64,000 bases of DNA, from NCBI GenBank assembly GCA_050951325.1, contig JBMNIW010000012.1, positions 640,001-704,000 of the forward strand, given 5' to 3'. Made by a program: the position numbers and the translations under genes. Positions within the stretch are counted from its first letter, which is position 1; the number at the start of each line of letters is the position of its first letter. Below the pieces are notes generated by a model. It saw only the letters and a program-made list of their open reading frames with translations, had not been told where the DNA came from and made no database searches. Positions 26,187 through 36,108 of the stretch are shown here, in pieces. The DNA is from Clostridia bacterium (GTDB lineage: Bacteria; Bacillota; Clostridia; UBA1212; DUPL01).

Positions 26187-27509
26187 ATGAAAATAGGAAT
26201 GGTATCTCTAGGATGTGCAAAAAATCAGGTGGATGCTGAAATAATGCTGGGTCAGATTAAAAATAGGAATCATGAAATAGTGGTTGATCCAGATGAAGCG
26301 GAAGTAATTGTGGTAAACACCTGTGCTTTTATTGAAAGTGCCAGGGAAGAAGCAATAAATGCAATACTTGAAATGGCATCAAAAAAGACTACTGGAAGCC
26401 TTAAATACCTCATAGTTACAGGATGTCTTGCCCAAAGACATGCAGAAGACATAAAGAAATACATTCCCGAGGTTGATGGCATCATTGGTGTTGGTGGGTT
26501 TGACAAGATATGTGATTGCATTGATGAACTAGAGAATAAAGAAAAATTCATATACAACAAGCCGACACAACAGCTGGACTATTTAAACAGCACAAGAGTC
26601 CTGACTACACCCGCAGGTGTTGCATATCTGAAAATTGCAGAAGGCTGCGACAACAGGTGTGCGTATTGTGCCATACCTTCCATTAGAGGGCCTTTCAGGA
26701 GCAGGCCTCTTGAAGATTTGCTTAGGGAAGCCGAAAGCCTGGTGGAGATGGGTATCAAGGAAATCATATTGGTAGCCCAGGATAGTACAAGATACGGTCT
26801 TGATTTGTATGGGAAACCAAAGCTTTCGGAACTGCTTGTTGAGCTTGACAAAATTGAAAAGCTTAAGCTTGTCCGGGTTATGTATCTTTATCCTGATGAG
26901 ATAACCGCAGAACTCATAGATGTCATGAAGAAATGCGAAAAGGTGGCAAAGTATGTTGATCTTCCCCTTCAGCACATTAGCGACAAAATACTAAAAGCAA
27001 TGAATCGAAGGGGCTCAAGCACGGATATCAGGACGATAATCAGGGAGTTCAGGGAAGCAATACCTGAAGTGGTTATAAGAACATCATTGATTGTCGGTTT
27101 CCCAGGAGAGACCCGGAAAGAATTTGATGAGCTTTGTGATTTTGTAAAAGAAATGGAATTTGACAGAGTTGGTGTCTTTGCATATTCCAAGGAAGAGGGT
27201 ACAAAAGCCGCATCAATGCCAAATCAGGTTGGCAAGAAGGAAAAGACTGCAAGAGTAAACAAGCTCATGGAAATCCAAAGGGACATTTCCTATAAAAACA
27301 ACCTCAAAAGGGTTGGAAAAACATATGATGCAATTGTGGAAGGTGTTGCGGATGACGGCATATTCTATTACGGTAGAACATATGCTGAAGCACCTGAGAT
27401 AGACGGATACGTTTACTTCACTTCACCGGAACCTCTTGAATTTGGAGAGGTCGAAAAGGTAAAAATATTGGTTGCGGACAATTATGATTTGACCGGTGAG
27501 GTTGTTTGA
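26187..27509 (+). CDS. rimO: Ribosomal protein S12 methylthiotransferase
   Basis: SLGCAKNQVD, VNTCAFI, KIAEGCDNRCAYC, C-terminal TRAM domain (APEIDG). Confidence 0.93.
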   Translation: MKIGMVSLGCAKNQVDAEIMLGQIKNRNHEIVVDPDEAEVIVVNTCAFIESAREEAINAILEMASKKTTGSLKYLIVTGCLAQRHAEDIKKYIPEVDGIIGVGGFDKICDCIDELENKEKFIYNKPTQQLDYLNSTRVLTTPAGVAYLKIAEGCDNRCAYCAIPSIRGPFRSRPLEDLLREAESLVEMGIKEIILVAQDSTRYGLDLYGKPKLSELLVELDKIEKLKLVRVMYLYPDEITAELIDVMKKCEKVAKYVDLPLQHISDKILKAMNRRGSSTDIRTIIREFREAIPEVVIRTSLIVGFPGETRKEFDELCDFVKEMEFDRVGVFAYSKEEGTKAASMPNQVGKKEKTARVNKLMEIQRDISYKNNLKRVGKTYDAIVEGVADDGIFYYGRTYAEAPEIDGYVYFTSPEPLEFGEVEKVKILVADNYDLTGEVV

Positions 27510-27555
27510 TATAGAATTAAGTTAAAACATTTACCAAAAGATAGGAAGGCTAAAA

Positions 27556-28158
27556 ATGAATCTACCCAACAAAATTACCATTGCAAGAATTATTATGATT
27601 CCAGTATTCATGCTTTTTGCATTTCCTTTACCTGCATGGTTTCCTGGAGAAAAGTTTTTCTCAGGACGCTATTCAGCGTTGATAGCCTTGATACTATACA
27701 TCATTGCATCAGTTACAGACACGGTGGATGGTCACATAGCAAGGAAATACAATTTGATAACGAGTTTTGGAAAATTTCTTGACCCAATCGCTGATAAACT
27801 TCTTGTAATGGCAGCAATGCTTGCTTTGGTGCCGATGAATAAAATGTATCTTTGGATAGCTATGATAATACTTACAAGAGAGTTTATTGTAACTGGTGTC
27901 AGGCTTGTTGCAGCGAGCGAAGGTGTTGTAATAGCGGCAGGCAAGGGCGGCAAGCTTAAAATGGTGTTGCAGACAATTGCACTTATAACCCTTCTCGCAT
28001 CAAAATTGTTTGAAGGTACGACAGGACTGGCTGAAACAATAGGGGCGGTAGTAATTGTGTTTGGTGATGTAATGCTGATTGCAGCAGCCATTGTTACTAT
28101 TGTTTCCGGATTTGAATATGTGAAAAACAATTTAAGTTTGATAGCAAAAGATATGTAA
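27556..28158 (+). CDS. pgsA: CDP-diacylglycerol-glycerol-3-phosphate 3-phosphatidyltransferase
   Basis: MNLPNKIT, DTVDGHIARK..FGKFLDPIADK. Confidence 0.93.
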   Translation: MNLPNKITIARIIMIPVFMLFAFPLPAWFPGEKFFSGRYSALIALILYIIASVTDTVDGHIARKYNLITSFGKFLDPIADKLLVMAAMLALVPMNKMYLWIAMIILTREFIVTGVRLVAASEGVVIAAGKGGKLKMVLQTIALITLLASKLFEGTTGLAETIGAVVIVFGDVMLIAAAIVTIVSGFEYVKNNLSLIAKDM

Positions 28159-28162
28159 GTTT

Positions 28163-28203
28163 GGAAAAGGCTTCAACACCTGAAGCTTTTTCCGTATTTT
28201 TTT
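28163..28203 (+). terminator. Terminator after pgsA
   Basis: GGAAAAGGCTTCA..TGAAGCTTTTTCC stem followed by a T-run. Confidence 0.75.
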
Positions 28204-28255
28204 CATTTAGTCATAATTTTTCATTCCCAATCATAAAAAATCCTAAAAATTGCTC

Positions 28256-28312
28256 TTGCATTCCTCTGTAAAGTGAGATATAATCTGTTTATTATTATCA
28301 CATGGTAATAAT
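28256..28312 (+). promoter_or_regulatory. fapR sigmaA promoter and probable FapR operator
   Basis: TTGCAT-17-TATAAT (28256-28284); imperfect palindrome ATTATTATCA-CA-TGGTAATAAT (28291-28312) at the predicted +1. Confidence 0.65.
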
Positions 28313-28359
28313 TTTCTGATATTATTATATATATAGCATATCACTATGGAGGTGCACAG

Positions 28360-28905
28360 TTGGCTGGTAAGTCAGATAAAAGACAGAAAAGACATAAGTT
28401 GTTGATAGAAAAACTCAAGCAGGATCCATTTCTTACAGATTCTGAGCTTGCCGCATATTTGAATGTAAGTGTACCAACCATTAGACTTGACAGAATGCAT
28501 CTCAATATTCCCGAGCTAAGGGAAAGGATGATGGAACTTGCCACGGATGCAACACTACCTGACAAATCAGAGAAATATGGGGAAATAATAGACCTGAAAT
28601 CAGGTAGCTCCGGTATATCGGTAATGGTGACCACCAAAAAGATGTGTTTTGATGAGAGGGATATGGTCAGAGGTTGCTGCCTGTACAGCATGGCGGAATC
28701 ACTTGCCATGACAATCATAGACGAACCTGCGGCATTGATAGGAGTTGCCAACATAAAATACAAGGTACTGGTGACTTCAGATACAAGACTAGTTGCTCGT
28801 GGGGAAGTAAGAGTCAAAAGAGAAAACAGCTTCATTGTATGGGTTAAAATATATAATGACCAAGTTGAAGTTTTTAGCGGAAAATTTATACTTAATAAAG
28901 AATAG
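28360..28905 (+). CDS. fapR: Fatty-acid biosynthesis repressor FapR
   Basis: DPFLTDSELA..VSVPTIRLDR..IPELRER HTH plus hot-dog domain; directly upstream of plsX. Confidence 0.92.
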   Translation: MAGKSDKRQKRHKLLIEKLKQDPFLTDSELAAYLNVSVPTIRLDRMHLNIPELRERMMELATDATLPDKSEKYGEIIDLKSGSSGISVMVTTKKMCFDERDMVRGCCLYSMAESLAMTIIDEPAALIGVANIKYKVLVTSDTRLVARGEVRVKRENSFIVWVKIYNDQVEVFSGKFILNKE

Positions 28906-28922
28906 TTGGGTGAGGAGAGTTA

Positions 28923-29915
28923 ATGAGAGTACTTGTAGATGCAATGGGCGGAGACAATGCTCCGCAAGCTATTGTAGAAGGATGCCTTCAGGCATTGGAA
29001 GTGAATAAGGATTTCAGCATAACGCTGATAGGCGAAAGGAGAAAAATCGAAGATCAGTTAATTGACAAGGATTATGACAAGGAAAGACTAACCATAAAGC
29101 ATGCTTCAGAAGTAATAACCAACAACGAAGTGCCCACCAAGGCCATCAAGAAGAAAACGGATTCTTCAATGGTTGTCGGTTTCAATATGCTTAAGAACAG
29201 GGAAGGAGACGTTTTCGTATCTGCTGGAAGCAGTGGAGCATTGCTTGCAGGAAGCGTATTCATTTTAAGAAGAATAAGAGGTATTTCAAGGCCTGCTCTT
29301 GGCTCGATAATACCTACTAAAAGGGGCAGAATCATACTCCTTGATTCAGGGTTGAACTCTGTCATTAGGCCGCAGAACTATCTGCAGTTTGCATACCTTG
29401 GTGCAGCCTATATGAAGAGTATGTTCGGTGTCGAGGATCCCAGAGTAGGGCTTGTAAACGTGGGAACCGAGGAGGAAAAAGGAACCGAGGCGGTAAAGGA
29501 GGCAAATACACTTCTTAGACAGTCTACCTTGAACTATATCGGTTTTATCGAAGGCAAAGATGTGTTTGAGGGGATTGCAGACGTTGTTGTAACGGACGGA
29601 TTTACAGGAAATGTCATGCTCAAACTTATAGAAGGTACTGCAACATACTTTTTCAGGGAAGTAAAAGGTGTATTGTTGCGCAACTGGAAATCAAGAATCG
29701 GAGCAGCGTTTTTAAAGAAGGGTTTTGAGGACTTCAAAAAATCCATGGATCCGGATGTTAATGGAGGAGCTCCAATACTTGGAGTCGATGGCCTGGTCAT
29801 AAAAAGCCATGGAAGCTCCAATGCTCGCACGATAAAGCACGTAATATTGAAAGCAGTAACGCTGGCTGAAAGTGACTTTATTAGCGACATAAAGAAGGAA
29901 ATAAAAAACATGTAA
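28923..29915 (+). CDS. plsX: Phosphate acyltransferase PlsX
   Basis: VDAMGGDNAP, SAGSSGA, VTDGFTGN, GAPILG..KSHGSS. Confidence 0.95.
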   Translation: MRVLVDAMGGDNAPQAIVEGCLQALEVNKDFSITLIGERRKIEDQLIDKDYDKERLTIKHASEVITNNEVPTKAIKKKTDSSMVVGFNMLKNREGDVFVSAGSSGALLAGSVFILRRIRGISRPALGSIIPTKRGRIILLDSGLNSVIRPQNYLQFAYLGAAYMKSMFGVEDPRVGLVNVGTEEEKGTEAVKEANTLLRQSTLNYIGFIEGKDVFEGIADVVVTDGFTGNVMLKLIEGTATYFFREVKGVLLRNWKSRIGAAFLKKGFEDFKKSMDPDVNGGAPILGVDGLVIKSHGSSNARTIKHVILKAVTLAESDFISDIKKEIKNM

Positions 29916-29984
29916 TATTATGGTGTATATAACTAAATTAAAATAGACAATAATAATAAACAAAATTTGAAAGGAGAAATGAAA

Positions 29985-30209
29985 ATGTTTGATAAAATCA
30001 AGAAGATTGTTGTTGAACAGCTTGGTGTAGACGAAAGTGAGGTTACACCAGAGGCGTCATTCATCGATGACTTGGGAGCGGATTCTCTTGATATAGTGGA
30101 ACTCATCATGGCTATGGAAGATGAATTCGGTATCGAGATTCCCGACGATGTGGCGGAAAAAATCACAACCGTAGGAGATGCGGTAGAGTACATCAAGACA
30201 ATACAGTAA
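29985..30209 (+). CDS. acpP: Acyl carrier protein
   Basis: [13 protein letters not shown] phosphopantetheine motif. Confidence 0.96.
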   Translation: MFDKIKKIVVEQLGVDESEVTPEASFIDDLGADSLDIVELIMAMEDEFGIEIPDDVAEKITTVGDAVEYIKTIQ

Positions 30210-30225
30210 TAATAAATACTGTTAT

Positions 30226-30270
30226 ATATCATAAGGTGTAATTTGCGTAATTACACCTTGTGATATTTTT
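30226..30270 (+). terminator. Long hairpin between acpP and rnc (terminator, possible RNase III site)
   Basis: 18-bp stem ATATCATAAGGTGTAATT / AATTACACCTTGTGATAT with one G-U pair, then TTTT. Confidence 0.7.
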
Positions 30271-30289
30271 ATACCAAAGGATGAGTAGG

Positions 30290-30970
30290 ATGAACAAGAA
30301 AAAGTTAAACGATATTGAAAAAATATTAGGGTATTCGTTTACAGATAAATCATTGCTGACAACTGCTTTAACCCACAGCTCCTATGCAAATGAACAGACC
30401 CCGAAAGTACCCCACAACCAAAGGCTTGAGTTCTTGGGAGATGCGGTTCTGGAACTCATAATAAGCGAGCATATTTATAAAAAGAATCCAGGCATGCATG
30501 AAGGGGAGCTTACAAAGCTAAGAGCTGCGCTCGTTTGCGAGGACACATTATACAAGGTTGCCAGTGATTTATGTATAAACGAATACATTCTATTGGGAGC
30601 AGGAGAGTCTCAAAGAGAGGTTAGAATGTCAATTATGGCCGACTGTTTTGAAAGCATTGTGGCTGCCATTTTTCTTGATGGTGGCTATAAGGCTGCCAAG
30701 AACTTCATAAACCGCAATCTCGAAAAAATATTTAAGTACGGCAGCGCAAGCGGCCAGAAGATAAACTACAAGACGGAACTTCAGGAGAAGTATGCAAGGA
30801 CACACAGCATAGTATATACAATTACGGATGTGGAAGGTCCTGAACACGATTGCGTTTATACAGCAAGAGCTGAAGTTGGAGACAAGTTGGTGGCATACGG
30901 GACAGGCAGATCAAAAAAGGAAGCAGAACAAGATGCTGCAAGAAGGATTCTTGAAATGGACCTTGGATAA
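30290..30970 (+). CDS. rnc: Ribonuclease III
   Basis: ALTHSSY, NQRLEFLGDAVL, ADCFESIVAA, C-terminal dsRBD (SKKEAEQDAA). Confidence 0.95.
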   Translation: MNKKKLNDIEKILGYSFTDKSLLTTALTHSSYANEQTPKVPHNQRLEFLGDAVLELIISEHIYKKNPGMHEGELTKLRAALVCEDTLYKVASDLCINEYILLGAGESQREVRMSIMADCFESIVAAIFLDGGYKAAKNFINRNLEKIFKYGSASGQKINYKTELQEKYARTHSIVYTITDVEGPEHDCVYTARAEVGDKLVAYGTGRSKKEAEQDAARRILEMDLG

Positions 30971-31031
30971 GCTTTATAATTGTCCTCTTATGTGTTAGAA
31001 TAATTTTAAAAAGATGATAGGAGAAGGTTTT

Positions 31032-31751
31032 ATGATAAAGGTTACTGTTTGGAATGAATTTATACATGAAAATGTAAACGAGCATGTAAGGAGTATTTAT
31101 CCTGAAGGCATTCATAACGAAATAGCAAAGTTTTTAAGCAAAAACGAAGACATACAGGTAAGAACCGCTACATTGAGAGAGCATAATCATGGGCTTGACG
31201 ACGAGATTCTTGACGACACTGACGTCCTTATTTGGTGGGGACACGCGGCCCATCACGAGGTATCTGATGAAATAGTGGCAAAAGTACACGAATGCGTTCT
31301 GAAAGGCATGGGCTTCATAGCGCTTCATTCAGCCCACTACTCAAAACCTTTCATAAAGCTTATGGGCACCAGTTGTTCTCTGAGATGGCGTGATGACGAC
31401 AGGGAAAGGCTTTGGTGTGTAAATCCAGGACATCCAATAGCCAGAGGAGTTCCTGAGTATTTTGAAATACCGAATGAGGAAATGTATGGAGAATTCTTTG
31501 ATATACCGACACCGGATGAACTGGTTTTCTTAGGCTGGTTTAGAGGCGGAGAAGTATTCAGATCAGGTTGCGTATTCAACAGAGGATACGGAAAAGTATT
31601 CTACTTCCAGCCAGGTCATGAAACTCATCCAATTTACAAGGATGAAAACATACAGAGGATCATTACAAACGCAGTATACTATCTAAATCCGGTTAAAAGA
31701 AGAGAAAGGATATCAGCTGATTGCACAAAAGCACCAGAAGAAGACTTGTAA
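31032..31751 (+). CDS. thuA: ThuA-family (trehalose utilisation) protein
   Basis: VTVWNEFIHE, YPEGIH, WWGHAAH, LHSAH, EEMYGEFFDIP, YFQPGHET. Confidence 0.88.
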   Translation: MIKVTVWNEFIHENVNEHVRSIYPEGIHNEIAKFLSKNEDIQVRTATLREHNHGLDDEILDDTDVLIWWGHAAHHEVSDEIVAKVHECVLKGMGFIALHSAHYSKPFIKLMGTSCSLRWRDDDRERLWCVNPGHPIARGVPEYFEIPNEEMYGEFFDIPTPDELVFLGWFRGGEVFRSGCVFNRGYGKVFYFQPGHETHPIYKDENIQRIITNAVYYLNPVKRRERISADCTKAPEEDL

Positions 31752-32737
31752 TACCAATATTCGTACCTCATGTAGGATGCCCCAGACTTTGCGTATTCTG
31801 CAACCAGAGGTCAATTAGTGGAAATATTAACATACCTTCAAGGCAGGAAACGACCGACACCATAGAGCAGTATCTGGAAGTTGCAAACAGATATGATGTG
31901 GTGGAGGTTGCTTTCTTTGGAGGCAGTTTTACCGCCATACATCCTGCCTTGCAGGAAGATTTCTTATCCTGTGTGTATCCATACATTGGCAAGGGTGTTG
32001 ATTACGTAAGGATATCAACAAGGCCGGATTGCATAAATGATGAAATATTGATGAGATTGAAAAAGTACAGGGTTCATGTAATTGAACTTGGTGCTCAATC
32101 CATGGATGACAAGGTACTGGAAGCGTCATTGCGCGGACACACGTCAAGGCATACCATTGAAGCCTCGGAATTGATAAAAAGAGAAGGTTTCGTTCTTGGC
32201 CTTCAGACAATGCCGGGTCTGCCTATGTCGGATAGAAATAGCGACATTGAAACAGCAAAGAAAATTGCAGCACTTGGGCCTGATTTGGTCAGAATCTATC
32301 CCACAATAATCATTAAAAAAACACACCTTGAAACAATGTACAGACAAGGAAAATATGAGCCGCAGACCCTTGAATACATGATTGACTTATGTGCCGAACT
32401 TGTGGAAATCTATGAAAAAGAGGGAATTGATATTGCCAGGATAGGTCTACAGTCATCTGAAAACATGACTGAAGAAAAGGAAATAGTGGCAGGACCATAT
32501 CACCCTGCGTTTGGCCAGTTGGTGCATTCAAGAAGGGCTTTGCAAGGAATAGTGGATAGAGTGAGGGAAATGAGGATTGGGGGCGGTAAGGTTTTAATCA
32601 GAGTTCCTGAAAAGGAATTGTCGACGTATATAGGGCAGAGAAGAAGTAATGTATTAAAGCTTAAGGAAATGTTCAATTTTGAGGATGTAAGGTTTATTCC
32701 GGATCCGCTCATGGATAACGGATTTGTTTTAGAGTAA
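31721..32737 (+). CDS. ELP3-like radical SAM protein (conserved rnc neighbour)
   Basis: PHVGCPRLCVFCNQ (CxxxCxxC), FFGGSFT, STRPD, ELGAQS, AGPYHPAFG. Confidence 0.85.
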   Translation: MHKSTRRRLVIPIFVPHVGCPRLCVFCNQRSISGNINIPSRQETTDTIEQYLEVANRYDVVEVAFFGGSFTAIHPALQEDFLSCVYPYIGKGVDYVRISTRPDCINDEILMRLKKYRVHVIELGAQSMDDKVLEASLRGHTSRHTIEASELIKREGFVLGLQTMPGLPMSDRNSDIETAKKIAALGPDLVRIYPTIIIKKTHLETMYRQGKYEPQTLEYMIDLCAELVEIYEKEGIDIARIGLQSSENMTEEKEIVAGPYHPAFGQLVHSRRALQGIVDRVREMRIGGGKVLIRVPEKELSTYIGQRRSNVLKLKEMFNFEDVRFIPDPLMDNGFVLE

Positions 32738-32767
32738 TCGTCATCATGGGAAAGGTAGTAGGTTAAA

Positions 32768-34039
32768 GTGGACAAGGATAGGATAAGTACATCATATATA
32801 GGTGTTCTGGATGGAGTTAGGGCATTCTCCGTTTTCATTGTGGCCTTCTTTCACTTTTGGCAGCAGTCCTGGTACAACAAGGTCATATATTATTCCTGGT
32901 TTGACAAGATTGGAATGAAGGAAATCAACCTGGAATGGTTGTGGAGAACGGGGTATGTGTTTGTCGACATGCTGATACTTCTAAGCGGCTTTCTCCTATT
33001 TCTGCCGCATGCAAGGCACATGGTGGAAGGAAGAAAGCTTGACAGTACTGTAACCTTTTATAGAAAAAGGATTGCACGAATAGTTCCCTCATATTATCTG
33101 AGTGTTCTTTTTCTGTTGTTTTTCTCAGTAATTCCCAAACAGCAGTTTTCATCTATAGAGCACCTGAAAAAGGACTTGTTCGCCCAGCTTACATTTACAC
33201 AAATGTTTGATCCCATGACAAAAAACACCATGTTCAACGGTGTTTTATGGACCGTGGCGGTGGAAGTCTCGTTTTACATAATATTCCCTCTCGTTGCCTA
33301 CTTCTTTAAAAAGAAACCAGTGATTACATACATATGCATGACGTTGACAAGTTTTGTATACATACAGCAAAGAGTACTTAAAGCAAAAGACCTGGGATTT
33401 ATGATAAATCAAATGCCCACGTTTCTAGGTGTTTTTGCAAACGGCATGATGGGTGCCTTGATATTTGTACATATAGCAAACAGGTACAAAAGAGAGAAAT
33501 ATCTGTCTGCCATGTTCACCCTTGTGTCGATTCTATCCCTTTACATGATTAGGCTCATTCTTAAAGAAAGTCTGTTAAGAGCACAAAGCAATCAGGTATG
33601 GCAGGTAGAGTACAGATACATTTTGTCCCTTGTATTCCTAATGTTCATTATCTCATTAAGCCTATCTGCGAAATGGCTGAGATTCATATTCTCAAACAGG
33701 TTTGTGAGGTATCTGGCGACGATATCCTACAACTTCTACATATGGCATCAAATAATTGCGGTAAAGTTTAAATTTGGCATGGGTAAGAACAACCAGATTA
33801 GGATTCCGCATTGGGAAGGCGACAGATCGCCGAACTTTACAGGAGACAAAGCCTGGCAGATTAAATACACATTAATCATACTGTTTGCATCAATTATCGT
33901 TGCAACCATACTTACATACTTCTTTGAAAGACCAATGGCAAACCTAATATTAGGAAAAAAGAAATCAAAAAAGGTAAAAGAGCAACTAATAGAGGAATAC
34001 GTAGTTGATAGAGAGAATTTGACCGATAATGCGATTTAA
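32768..34039 (+). CDS. Acyltransferase-3 (OafA-like) membrane O-acyltransferase
   Basis: LDGVRA..FFH, LSGFLL, RIARIVPSYY, WTVAVEVSFY, SYNFYIWH, FERP. Confidence 0.85.
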   Translation: MDKDRISTSYIGVLDGVRAFSVFIVAFFHFWQQSWYNKVIYYSWFDKIGMKEINLEWLWRTGYVFVDMLILLSGFLLFLPHARHMVEGRKLDSTVTFYRKRIARIVPSYYLSVLFLLFFSVIPKQQFSSIEHLKKDLFAQLTFTQMFDPMTKNTMFNGVLWTVAVEVSFYIIFPLVAYFFKKKPVITYICMTLTSFVYIQQRVLKAKDLGFMINQMPTFLGVFANGMMGALIFVHIANRYKREKYLSAMFTLVSILSLYMIRLILKESLLRAQSNQVWQVEYRYILSLVFLMFIISLSLSAKWLRFIFSNRFVRYLATISYNFYIWHQIIAVKFKFGMGKNNQIRIPHWEGDRSPNFTGDKAWQIKYTLIILFASIIVATILTYFFERPMANLILGKKKSKKVKEQLIEEYVVDRENLTDNAI

Positions 34040-34073
34040 AATATAATGGTAAAAAAATCAGGATGGTGGTGCG

Positions 34074-34697
34074 ATGAGGATTAGAATGTTTGGCAGAGTC
34101 GTGTACATGCCTCCAGCGCTTGTTGCAACTGTTGTTTTAATCATCATTTTGGCATTGGCTATCATTGGGTACAACCTGTCTGAAAATGACAGGGATGCAA
34201 TTACGAACCACACGCCAACACCCCCGCTTACCCAATCGGAAATTCAAGTAACAGATCCTCCCCTGATATCGGTACATGTAATTGGCTGTGTCAAAGAGAA
34301 AAAAGTTGTTAAAATACCCGTAGGAAGCACAGTGGAAGATGCTGTTGTTGCAGCAGGCGGTTTTACCGAGGAGGCTGACACGGATGCGGTAAATCTGGCT
34401 TACAGGTTGTCCGACGGAATGCAAATAAGGATCCCCTCAATAGATGACGAGGATAAAACCTGGATTGTTTCCCATGGAGATAACGGTGGTAACGGCGGCA
34501 ACAATGAAAAGATTAGCATTAATAAAGCGAGTGTTGCTGAACTGGCCACATTGCCGGGCATTGGACAGACTCTTGCCCTGAGAATAGTGGATTACAGGGA
34601 GAAAAACGGTGGATTCAAGACTCTTGAAGAAATAATGAACGTTCCTGGTATAAAGGAAGCTAAATTTGAAAGCATAAAAGATTACATAACTTTATAA
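34074..34697 (+). CDS. comEA: Competence DNA receptor ComEA
   Basis: N-terminal TM, SLBB domain (AAGGF..VNLA), HhH domain (ININKA-like ISINKA, LPGIG, IVDYREKNG). Confidence 0.9.
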   Translation: MRIRMFGRVVYMPPALVATVVLIIILALAIIGYNLSENDRDAITNHTPTPPLTQSEIQVTDPPLISVHVIGCVKEKKVVKIPVGSTVEDAVVAAGGFTEEADTDAVNLAYRLSDGMQIRIPSIDDEDKTWIVSHGDNGGNGGNNEKISINKASVAELATLPGIGQTLALRIVDYREKNGGFKTLEEIMNVPGIKEAKFESIKDYITL

Positions 34698-34702
34698 ATG
34701 CA

Positions 34703-34802
34703 ATGAGGTGCGGCAATTGTAAGACCGCACCTCATCGTGTGGCAATATGTACCGGTTGTGTTGACATGTATTAAAAAGCCGTGCATTAAAATACACCGGC
34801 TT
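34703..34802. terminator. Two hairpins between the convergent comEA and mecA genes
   Basis: ATGAGGTGCGG/CCGCACCTCAT (11 bp, 34703-34735) and AAGCCG..CGGCTT (34776-34802) with a T-run on the minus strand. Confidence 0.6.
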
Positions 34803-34809
34803 GTGACCG

Positions 34810-35580
34810 CTATTTTGCAAAATTGTTCAGTAAAACAGAGAATGCACCTCTCTTGATGATCTTGTTGGCATGTTCCTCCAATATAGGGCGTGTAATGCTT
34901 GCAGGCATGTATTTCCCATCGAATTCGGAGGCTATGTCTCTAATTTTTTCAATAACGCCCGCATTCCTTTTGCTTAACCTGTAGGAAATGTAATAGTTGT
35001 CATTGTACTTGTACAAGGATGCAGGTACGTTTCTGCTCTGTGGTATGGTAAGAACCATGGAAATCAGATTTTCAAAATCATTGAAAACCAATACCTCGTA
35101 ATTTTCATTGCAGCTTTCGTCACTGTAACGCTTTTCCTTTGCTTTTTCATTCTCATCGTAGAGAAGGATGGAATTTAGGAAATAGTCGTTATGATGCAAC
35201 TCGTCAGAAAAGTCCTTGTCTTCGCCATCAAAATCGAAGTTTTCATCGATTGGGAGAAGTTCTTTTAGATAAGCAAGAATTTTCAGTAAGTATGCGGGAT
35301 TAAAATCAAAGGTGCTGTTGTCTATATTCTTTGCATTACTGGTTCTTGTAACAGTAATGATGTGGTCTTCCTGTTTGTTTGATGCGGGTTCATGAACAAC
35401 TCTACATTCTGATATGTCAAAACCAAACTCTATTTCAGCGTGGCTGATTACATCAAGCAAAAGTCTTTCGTATTGAGGAGTGTCATACTTGAACTTCTGG
35501 GCGTCAAGATTTCTCTTTTTCAAATCTTCAGCCGTCAAAGTTATTCTTATTACGTCTTCGCTGACTTTTTCAATTTTCAT
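34810..35580 (-). CDS. mecA: ClpC adaptor protein MecA
   Basis: MKIEKVSEDVIRITLTAEDLKKR N-domain; FNDFENLI, SLYKYNDNYY, SEF, LEEHA C-domain. Confidence 0.85.
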   Translation of the reverse strand: MKIEKVSEDVIRITLTAEDLKKRNLDAQKFKYDTPQYERLLLDVISHAEIEFGFDISECRVVHEPASNKQEDHIITVTRTSNAKNIDNSTFDFNPAYLLKILAYLKELLPIDENFDFDGEDKDFSDELHHNDYFLNSILLYDENEKAKEKRYSDESCNENYEVLVFNDFENLISMVLTIPQSRNVPASLYKYNDNYYISYRLSKRNAGVIEKIRDIASEFDGKYMPASITRPILEEHANKIIKRGAFSVLLNNFAK

Positions 35581-35838
35581 AGGTTGGTCCTCCTTTTACT
35601 AGCACTTTTACATACAGAGCTCGCTGTTCTTTATGTACACTACTATTATACTTTAATTTAAAAAAAAAGAGAAGCAAAATGATTAACGTTATACATATTT
35701 TCTATTAACATTATGCTCTCAATTGTCAAATAATATGCGATTATCTCAACTTTACCCTTGTTTTTTTCTCAAATTCATATATACTGTAAATATGCTCCCG
35801 AACATCGGGTTTACTTGAACTTAGGTAGGAGGATACAT

Positions 35839-36108
35839 TTGAGGAGAAACAAAAGAGAGGCCTTGGTCTTGATTGCATTTATGTTCATAGGCAGCATTAT
35901 TGGAGGCATAGTTGGAAAACTATTGTCGTATATCCCACATTTGGAGTTCATCGATAAAATTGGAAAGTCAAACATTTTATCCGTAAGTTTCAATCCTCTG
36001 TTTGATATTAATGTAATACGGTTTGGTTTTGAACTGAGTTTGGGTGTTAACATCGGTAGTATCGTGGGCATTATACTGGCTATTGCTATTTGGAGCAGGA
36101 GATATTGA
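35839..36108 (+). CDS. DUF4321-family small membrane protein
   Basis: TTG start after AGGAGG; IGSIIGGIVG..FDINVIRFGF..VNIGSIVGII; usual position upstream of radC. Confidence 0.72.
   Translation: MRRNKREALVLIAFMFIGSIIGGIVGKLLSYIPHLEFIDKIGKSNILSVSFNPLFDINVIRFGFELSLGVNIGSIVGIILAIAIWSRRY

Noticed and set aside
28209-28241. SigmaE-like GTCATA...CATAAAAAAT upstream of fapR
   Set aside because: AT-rich match that could be chance; a good sigmaA promoter already explains expression.
34703-34735. GC-rich 11-bp hairpin considered as a REP of the RAYT
   Set aside because: No second copy in the window and no similarity to RAYT-flanking sequence; its position between convergent genes fits a terminator.
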